Below are positions 27,330 through 33,510 of a stretch of DNA of 33,510 nt, piece after piece. The first letter of the stretch is position 1; each line of letters starts with the position of its first letter. This DNA is from Fibrobacteria bacterium (GTDB lineage Bacteria; Fibrobacterota; Chitinivibrionia; Chitinivibrionales; FEN-1185): positions 1 to 33,510 of the forward strand of contig JBBIGR010000048.1 of the NCBI GenBank assembly GCA_037447435.1, given 5' to 3'. The notes under the pieces are model-generated. The model was not told the origin of the DNA. It saw nothing but the letters and a program-made list of their open reading frames with translations, and made no database searches. The position numbers and the translations under genes were made by a program.

Positions 27330-29519
27330 ATGAAAGCCCCGAATGCAAATCCTATTTTTTTCGTTGTTATAAGTATTTTTCTCATGGCCGCAGGATTGAA
27401 AAATATCTGTACGGCAGCTGTCCCCTTGCCAATCGTTTCAGACAATGTTAGAGATGTTTTCGTTCCAATTGTACCGGATACCAATAATTATTCCAGTTAT
27501 CTGGGCCAAAGAATGAAGATAAATGCGGTCGACCGCATGATAAATCATTACAATAAGTACAAATTAGTTGACGCACTTTTAAAAGCATTTGAACAAAGAC
27601 CCGGCGCGCAGACATGGGCAGGAGAACATCCGTGCAAATACCTGGATGCATTGACCCGAGCGTGGATGTACAGCAAAGCGCCGGAGCTGAAAGTGAAAAT
27701 GGACTCTGTCGCGCTCCGATTGATCAAGTCCCAACTTTCAAACGGCTATAGCGGGACATATCTTCCTGCAAATTATTGGACTGCATGGGACGTCTGGGCA
27801 CAAGCATATTATCTTATCGGTTTGGAAACCTATTATTGCAATACCGGTGACACGAATTCTCTAAATGCCTGTAAAAAGGCAGCGAATCTGCTCTGTAACA
27901 CCTTTGGTCCGTCTCCCCTTCGCGATCTGTCCAAATCTTCCTCCGATCATATGGGAATGCCTTCTACCATCGTGCTTGAACCGATTGTCATGCTATATCG
28001 GTATACCGGCGACGTAAAATATTTAAATTTTGCGAATTATATAATCGGGTTGCTCGACGGCTCGGGTCAGACCCCGATAGTTGCCAATTTGGAGAATGGT
28101 TTGGGAGTAAACGCAATCGGCGATGCCAAGGCATATGAAATGACGGGCAATATGGTGGGCGTTGCCGACTATTACCGTATGACGGGGCAAGCAAGATATC
28201 TGGATGCGTGTGTAAAGGACTGGACAGACATTATGCAGAAACGTCATTATATCACCGGAACTTCCAGTTGGGGAGAAATCTTTCGCGCTAATTATGACCT
28301 TCCCGGAGACAATGGAACCGCAACATATAATGGCGGCGGCGTTGGCGAATCTTGCTTCTCTACAACGTGGTTACAGCTTAACTGGCACCTTTTTCGGTTG
28401 ACCGGCGAAGCAAAATATGCCGATGAAATGGAAAAAATCGTTTATAATGCTCTTCTTGCCGCTCAGCGCCCCAAGAAAGGCCATAATACTTTACTGAACG
28501 ATTCGTGCATCGGCGATATATGTTACTTCACTCCGCTGGTGAACAGCAAACCGTACGGATTGGTGTCTCACATCGTGGATGATATTTCCTGTTGTTCGTC
28601 GAGCCAGATCCGAGGCATCGCCTTGATCGCTCAGATGATGCTCGGCGTCACCAATAATATGCCGACAATCGTTCTTTATACGCCCGCTAAAGCAACACTC
28701 CCGATTACGGTGAATGGAACAGCCGTTAAGGTTGGAATCGATATCGCAACGACGTATCCGGAAGACGGCAATGTCGTCGTCACGTTGAACCCCTCTACAA
28801 GTGCGAATTTCACGCTTCATCTTCGTGTCCCCTCCTGGTGTACGTATTATCAGGTGAATGCATTAGGAAAGAAATATATGGGCACCAAAGGAACGTTTCT
28901 GGATGTCACGGACAAATGGAGCCCGGGAGACAAAGTACAAATTTATATGTATATGAGCTATCAAACGATACCCGGCGGTTCGGGAATGCCGCTCGGACAG
29001 CAATATGGCAACAACGTTGCCGTCCAGAGAGGACCGCAGGTACTCGCGACCGACAATTCTATTTCGTCTAGTACAATTCCGGCTAACTGGGTCGGCGGAT
29101 TGTTGTTTTCGGTACCCGGCATTCGAAGTAATCAAGCAATTCAATTCAACATGGTTCCTTATTCCGATGCGGGTCAAGACGAGGAGAATTTTACCGTATA
29201 CATGAATACGTTCGCGATCGACACGACAAAACTTCCTCCTATTAATCCGCCCACGCTCGTGATGACAAATTCTCCAACGGGAAACATGCGTCCAGGGCTT
29301 TGGGTATCACCATTAACGAAAAACGGTTATTCCATCTCGGTCAAGTCCAATCAATCGCATACCGTCGCCATTCTGGCACCCAACGGCGCTCTCAAACGAT
29401 TGTTCCGCGGGAACGGAAATGCCCGATATCCGTTGCAAGGTCTTTCTTCAGGAGTCTATCTTATCAAAGCCGAAATCGACAAAACGCAATATATGAAAGA
29501 AATCATTATCAACAAATGA
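27330..29519 (+). CDS. Secreted GH127/GH146-like glycoside hydrolase (beta-L-arabinofuranosidase family) with a T9SS-like tail
   Basis: GGAGG SD; signal peptide; WAGEHPCKYLDA, WDVW, KAYEM, YITGTSS..E, GESC.STTW (zinc-ligand ExC), YADEMEK..YNALLAAQ, SCCSSS (CC motif), T.YPEDG, LRVPSW, RGPQV. Confidence 0.88.
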   Translation: MKAPNANPIFFVVISIFLMAAGLKNICTAAVPLPIVSDNVRDVFVPIVPDTNNYSSYLGQRMKINAVDRMINHYNKYKLVDALLKAFEQRPGAQTWAGEHPCKYLDALTRAWMYSKAPELKVKMDSVALRLIKSQLSNGYSGTYLPANYWTAWDVWAQAYYLIGLETYYCNTGDTNSLNACKKAANLLCNTFGPSPLRDLSKSSSDHMGMPSTIVLEPIVMLYRYTGDVKYLNFANYIIGLLDGSGQTPIVANLENGLGVNAIGDAKAYEMTGNMVGVADYYRMTGQARYLDACVKDWTDIMQKRHYITGTSSWGEIFRANYDLPGDNGTATYNGGGVGESCFSTTWLQLNWHLFRLTGEAKYADEMEKIVYNALLAAQRPKKGHNTLLNDSCIGDICYFTPLVNSKPYGLVSHIVDDISCCSSSQIRGIALIAQMMLGVTNNMPTIVLYTPAKATLPITVNGTAVKVGIDIATTYPEDGNVVVTLNPSTSANFTLHLRVPSWCTYYQVNALGKKYMGTKGTFLDVTDKWSPGDKVQIYMYMSYQTIPGGSGMPLGQQYGNNVAVQRGPQVLATDNSISSSTIPANWVGGLLFSVPGIRSNQAIQFNMVPYSDAGQDEENFTVYMNTFAIDTTKLPPINPPTLVMTNSPTGNMRPGLWVSPLTKNGYSISVKSNQSHTVAILAPNGALKRLFRGNGNARYPLQGLSSGVYLIKAEIDKTQYMKEIIINK

Positions 29520-29538
29520 GACAAAACCATGCCATCGT

Positions 29539-29547
29539 TGGTATAAT
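29539..29547 (+). promoter_or_regulatory. Internal extended -10 promoter element upstream of the outer-membrane protein and ABC genes
   Basis: TGgTATAAT in a 57-nt intergenic gap, 29 nt before an ATG that has a TAAGGAGG SD. Confidence 0.55.
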
Positions 29548-29576
29548 CAAAGATATGAGAATAAGGAGGAGAAATA

Positions 29577-30851
29577 ATGTCCTGTGTAAAACGCTTGGTG
29601 CTTTCGGCTTTGTTCGGATTCATTGTTTTCTTTTCCATTGTTTCAGCGCAACCGGACACGATACAAACCGTTTCGCTGCAAAGCAATCGTTTATCCACCG
29701 AAACTGCCTTTGAATTCGGTCAAGTCGTAAGCGGAGAATACGATGGCGGCGGACTGGACCATTTATGGACAAGCCGACTTGGGGTATGGTTAAAAGACGA
29801 GGCGATCGTCGATAAGCATTTACAATTTAAAACATCGCTCGGTCTCATCTTATGGTCTCCGGTACCCACCGGAACATTCTGGCAAAGCAGAGAGCCGTAT
29901 TGGTCGCCGAGCCTGGGCGAAGCGCAAGCGATTTACAAATTCGGCGATGCCCAGCAACCCTTTCTCGAAGCGGCAACCGGCTATTTTCCCTTCAAGTATA
30001 ATCCCGATGCCAGAAATCTTGGCGAATATATGTATCGAACGCAAGCCTACCCCCCTATTGTCATGAACACGAATTGGATTATCGTCAACAGGGACCTGGC
30101 CTATCTGACGGGACTGCATTTGTCTCAGACCCTCGGCCCATTCCACCATGATTTACTTCTGACAACGGAAACCGAATACGATCCGTTATGGGATTTCTCT
30201 TTGGGTTATATCGCGAGTCTGAATATATCGAATTTTGCAACCATCGGCGCCGGAATAAACTTTTGGAGATTCTGGTCTGTCGATGAGGATCGGACTTCAT
30301 CTAAAACCAATGCCAATTCGTACGTGAACGGCGCAGACACCGGATATTACACCTACAAGGCCATCAAAGCCGTTGCCAGATTTTCTTTCGATATCAAGAA
30401 ATTGATTCCGATGGATTTGCTTGGCAAGGAAGACTTAAAATTCTACGGAGAAGGCGCTATTTTGGGCTTCGCCGATTACGGCGATTATTATGATACCATC
30501 AGTCAAAGAATTCCTATAATGCTTGGATTCAATATTCCTGCGTTTACGTTGCTGGATGTTTTTTCCTTTGAATTGGAATGGTTCGGTTCACCCTATCCGA
30601 ACGATATGTCGTCGGAAATTCATAGCATGACTCCCCAACCGGTTCTTTCGAACGTGGCATCCATTGCCGACGATATGAAATGGAGCATTTTTGCGGAACG
30701 CAAGATACTCAACGGCGTGACACTGCGTCTGCAAATCGCCCGTGACCATCTCAGGCTGGTCGACTTTAACGAAAAAAGATTGTTTTACAGGGAAAACCTG
30801 GAAACGCAGGATGATTGGTACTGGATGGTTCAATTAACGTATGGAATTTAA
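29577..30851 (+). CDS. Putative outer-membrane beta-barrel protein
   Basis: Signal peptide ending VSA|Q; aromatic-rich amphipathic strands; C-terminal strand WYWMVQLTYGI. I recall the motif GYFPFKYNPDARNLGEY from Fibrobacterota hypothetical proteins (unverified). Confidence 0.7.
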   Translation: MSCVKRLVLSALFGFIVFFSIVSAQPDTIQTVSLQSNRLSTETAFEFGQVVSGEYDGGGLDHLWTSRLGVWLKDEAIVDKHLQFKTSLGLILWSPVPTGTFWQSREPYWSPSLGEAQAIYKFGDAQQPFLEAATGYFPFKYNPDARNLGEYMYRTQAYPPIVMNTNWIIVNRDLAYLTGLHLSQTLGPFHHDLLLTTETEYDPLWDFSLGYIASLNISNFATIGAGINFWRFWSVDEDRTSSKTNANSYVNGADTGYYTYKAIKAVARFSFDIKKLIPMDLLGKEDLKFYGEGAILGFADYGDYYDTISQRIPIMLGFNIPAFTLLDVFSFELEWFGSPYPNDMSSEIHSMTPQPVLSNVASIADDMKWSIFAERKILNGVTLRLQIARDHLRLVDFNEKRLFYRENLETQDDWYWMVQLTYGI

Positions 30852-30863
30852 CAGGAGAATCGA

Positions 30864-31853
30864 GTGGCACGTTTTTATTCTATTTTGTTGGTTGTCGCAT
30901 TCGTCATATGCCCACCATCATGCGCACGAAAAAGCACGACCGCGCAGCAACCGTCGACGAAAGTGCCCACAATAGCCTTTGTCATGAAGACGCTCACCAA
31001 CCCGTTTTTCCTGACCATGTCTTTGGGTGCGAAAAGGGCGGAAAAAGAGCTTGGTTGTAAAGTTATCATACAAGCATCGGAAGATGAGACGTCCATTGAA
31101 CAGATGGTCGGCATCGTAGAGGCAATGATCGCACAGAAAGTAGATGCTGTCTGCGTGACTCCGAGCGGTTCATCCGAAATCGTTCCAACATTTGTCAAAG
31201 CCCGCGACGCCGGTATTCCGCTCGTGGACGTCGACGTGGAAATCGATTCCTCGGCCGCAAAAGCGGCAGGTTTGACAAACTATCACTATGTCGGGGCCGA
31301 TAACTTTGAAGGCGGATACATGGCAGGTACATTTCTGGCCCAAAAACTCGGCGGCGCCGGAAACGTGGCGATTTTAGAAGGCATTCCGGGAGTTGACAAT
31401 GCCGAAAAACGCAAAGCGGGCGCATTAAAAGCCTTTGGAGAATTCCCCGGCATACGGGTGGTTGCGTCGCAGACCGCGCATTGGAAAACCGAGGAAGCCC
31501 TCAATGTACTTACGAATATCCTCCAAGCAAATCCCGCTATGACCGGCGTTTTCTGTGCAAATGATATGATGGCATTCGGCGCGATCAAAGCCTTGGAAGC
31601 GGCAGGCAAAAAAAACAAGGTCCTTGTCGCATCATACGATGCCCTTGATGAAGCAAAAAAATGCATCAGCGAAGGTTCGATGCTGTGTTCGATAGACCAG
31701 CGGCCCGATCTCATGGGCTACGACGCGGTAAAGTTCGCGCTTGATCTTATTGCCAAAAAGCAGGTGCCGCTGCGGACCCTGGTGCCTTTGAGCAATGTGA
31801 CAAAAGATAATCTTACGGCGAACGTTTCGGCACCGGCGGAATCCAAACAGTAA
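30864..31853 (+). CDS. Sugar ABC transporter substrate-binding protein (RbsB-like)
   Basis: IAFVMKTLTNPFF, VGADNFEGG, LEGIPG...AEKR, VFCANDMMAFGA, SIDQRP. GTG start with AGGAG. Confidence 0.93.
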   Translation: MARFYSILLVVAFVICPPSCARKSTTAQQPSTKVPTIAFVMKTLTNPFFLTMSLGAKRAEKELGCKVIIQASEDETSIEQMVGIVEAMIAQKVDAVCVTPSGSSEIVPTFVKARDAGIPLVDVDVEIDSSAAKAAGLTNYHYVGADNFEGGYMAGTFLAQKLGGAGNVAILEGIPGVDNAEKRKAGALKAFGEFPGIRVVASQTAHWKTEEALNVLTNILQANPAMTGVFCANDMMAFGAIKALEAAGKKNKVLVASYDALDEAKKCISEGSMLCSIDQRPDLMGYDAVKFALDLIAKKQVPLRTLVPLSNVTKDNLTANVSAPAESKQ

Positions 31854-31886
31854 TCTTCGTCATTCACTTTTATTAATGGTCATGTA

Positions 31887-33407
31887 ATGGGCAGCACACC
31901 GATTCTGGAATTAAAAAACATTTCAAAGCGTTTCGGCGGCGTTTTGGCGCTCTCAAATGTCAATTTTGCCCTTCTGGCCGGGGAAGTCCATTGCCTCGTC
32001 GGTGAAAACGGCGCTGGAAAATCGACGCTGGTCAAAATAATCGCCGGCGCATGTCAAAAAGACAGCGGCGAAATACGTATCCACGGAAATCCCGTGGAAA
32101 TACGCAATGTCCATCATTCCCGCACTCTCGGCATTTGCGAGATCTATCAGGAATTAATGCTCGTTCCCGGCCTTTCCGTTGTTGAAAATGTTTTCTTGGG
32201 AAACGAAATAACGTCTCCGGTCCTGGGCTTGATGGATTGGAAACCGATGATTGCCAAAACGCAGGAAAAACTTTTAGAATTAGGTATGGATATTTCACCG
32301 AAGTCACTCGTGAAAGACCTTTCGATTGCCCAACAGCAAATGGTGGAAATCACCAAAGCGCTCGTTCTTGAAACAAGCATTCTTATTCTTGATGAACCGA
32401 CCGGGTCCCTCACCCCTAAAAACACCGAAGATCTTTTTCGTATTATTCGCCGATTAAAGGAAAAAGGGGTTTCCATCATTTACATATCTCATCGTCTCGA
32501 GGAATTCGAACATATCGCCGACCGTGTAACCGTGCTGCGGGACGGCAGGTCCATAGGAACGTCACTGCTGCGCGACACAACCATTCCGGAAATAATAAAA
32601 CTCATGGTCGGACGCGAATTGACCGATTCGAATTATTTCCCCAATTACGACAGGTCTTCACAACCAAGAATCGCGGTCAAAGACCTCTGTCGGATACCTA
32701 AAGTAAATAAACTGTCGTTTCACGTTCACGCCGGAGAGATCGTGGGATTTGCAGGACTTGTCGGTGCCGGAAGAACCGAGCTTTTGCGCTGCATTTACGG
32801 CGCCGACAAGGCCGATTCCGGAGAAATTTATCTTGATGGACAAAAGATTTCACTTCGGTCCACCATCGATTCCGTAAAGCAGGGACTCGGCCTGGTCCCG
32901 GAGAACCGCAAGGACCAAGGGCTGGTGATGAATATGTCGGTGCGCGCCAACGTGACGCTTTCTCATTTGAAAAACTATACCTATTGTGGAAAAGTTGACC
33001 TGGAAAAGGAAAAACAGGCGGTCGAAGAACAAATTAAAAAGCTCCGAATCGCAACACCGTCAACGGAACATCGGGTTTGCCATCTTTCGGGCGGCAATCA
33101 GCAAAAAGTGATACTCGCACGCTGGCTTGCGGCAAAATGCCGTCTATTGCTCTTGGACGAACCGACTCGCGGCGTGGATGTCGGCGCAAAATCGGAAATT
33201 TACGAACTTATGCGTTCCCTTGCGGCGCAAGGCGTGAGTATCATCATGGTGTCGTCGGATCTGCCGGAAATACTTCGGATGAGCGACCGGATCCTCGTTA
33301 TGGCCAAAGGATCGCTGAGCGGGGAACTTTCGCGAAGCGAAGCAACGCAGGAAAAAATCATGCACCTTATGCTGGGAGGCGGGTCGAATGTTCCGAAAAT
33401 TAATTGA
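31887..33407 (+). CDS. Sugar ABC transporter ATP-binding protein (RbsA/MglA-like, two NBDs)
   Basis: GENGAGKST, LSIAQQQMVEI, LDEPT, GLVGAGRTE, LSGGNQQK, DEPTRGVDVGAK. Confidence 0.96.
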   Translation: MGSTPILELKNISKRFGGVLALSNVNFALLAGEVHCLVGENGAGKSTLVKIIAGACQKDSGEIRIHGNPVEIRNVHHSRTLGICEIYQELMLVPGLSVVENVFLGNEITSPVLGLMDWKPMIAKTQEKLLELGMDISPKSLVKDLSIAQQQMVEITKALVLETSILILDEPTGSLTPKNTEDLFRIIRRLKEKGVSIIYISHRLEEFEHIADRVTVLRDGRSIGTSLLRDTTIPEIIKLMVGRELTDSNYFPNYDRSSQPRIAVKDLCRIPKVNKLSFHVHAGEIVGFAGLVGAGRTELLRCIYGADKADSGEIYLDGQKISLRSTIDSVKQGLGLVPENRKDQGLVMNMSVRANVTLSHLKNYTYCGKVDLEKEKQAVEEQIKKLRIATPSTEHRVCHLSGGNQQKVILARWLAAKCRLLLLDEPTRGVDVGAKSEIYELMRSLAAQGVSIIMVSSDLPEILRMSDRILVMAKGSLSGELSRSEATQEKIMHLMLGGGSNVPKIN

Positions 33408-33510
33408 ACGGTTCGGTATCTGCGTCATATTGCTGGTCATAAGTGCTGTAATCGCGGTTAGGACTCCCGTGTTCCTTTCCCCGTCCAACCTTTTTAACGT
33501 GTTATTGCAG
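33388..33510 (+). CDS. Sugar ABC transporter permease (RbsC-like), 5' fragment
   Basis: Not in the ORF track. GGGAGG-N8-ATG overlapping the end of the ATPase gene; MFRKLIERFGICVILLVISAVIAVRTPVFLSPSNLFNVLLQ with the FLSxxNLxNVLxQ permease pattern. Confidence 0.88.
   Translation, partial: MFRKLIERFGICVILLVISAVIAVRTPVFLSPSNLFNVLLQ

Noticed and set aside
29..33488. The many 60-270 aa ORFs overlapping the large genes (e.g. 24666-25490, 4878-5462, 15114-15671)
   Set aside because: They are antisense or alternative-frame shadows of well-supported genes with no recognisable motifs.
30864..33510. Naming the transporter rbsBAC
   Set aside because: The family is clear but the substrate is not, and no ribokinase or rbsD gene is in the window.

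Overview
A bacterial accessory region for secreted proteins and carbohydrate use. It is probably FCB group, and most like Fibrobacterota/Chitinivibrionia. That is an inference from the T9SS-like C-terminal tails on three secreted enzymes and a beta-barrel protein recognised from memory. Left part (1-13.9 kb, minus strand): four secreted or surface modular proteins. These are a partial gene, a propeller-ricin-CBM protein, a ~2160-aa S8 protease, and a DUF362 protein. The last two share CBM32, InlB-like, CBM6 and CBM4/9 modules, and the DUF362 gene is interrupted by one in-frame TGA. Middle: a CBM13-GH31 hydrolase, a PAS-PP2C phosphatase plus AraC regulator operon, a membrane protein plus TMTC-like GT-C glycosyltransferase, a TonB-dependent receptor and a secreted metallophosphoesterase. 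Right: a second PAS paralogue, a GH127-like hydrolase, an outer-membrane protein and a ribose-type ABC transporter. The strongest unannotated signal is one operator (two 14-bp half-sites 21 bp apart, followed 24 nt later by a -10-like hexamer) found four times, including a back-to-back divergent pair. Two of these promoters do not point directly at an annotated gene. One feeds a ~245-nt structured, terminator-bounded RNA candidate and the other an unannotated 38-codon ORF. No rRNA, tRNA, CRISPR array or transposase was seen. All family assignments come from motif recognition by eye, not database searches.
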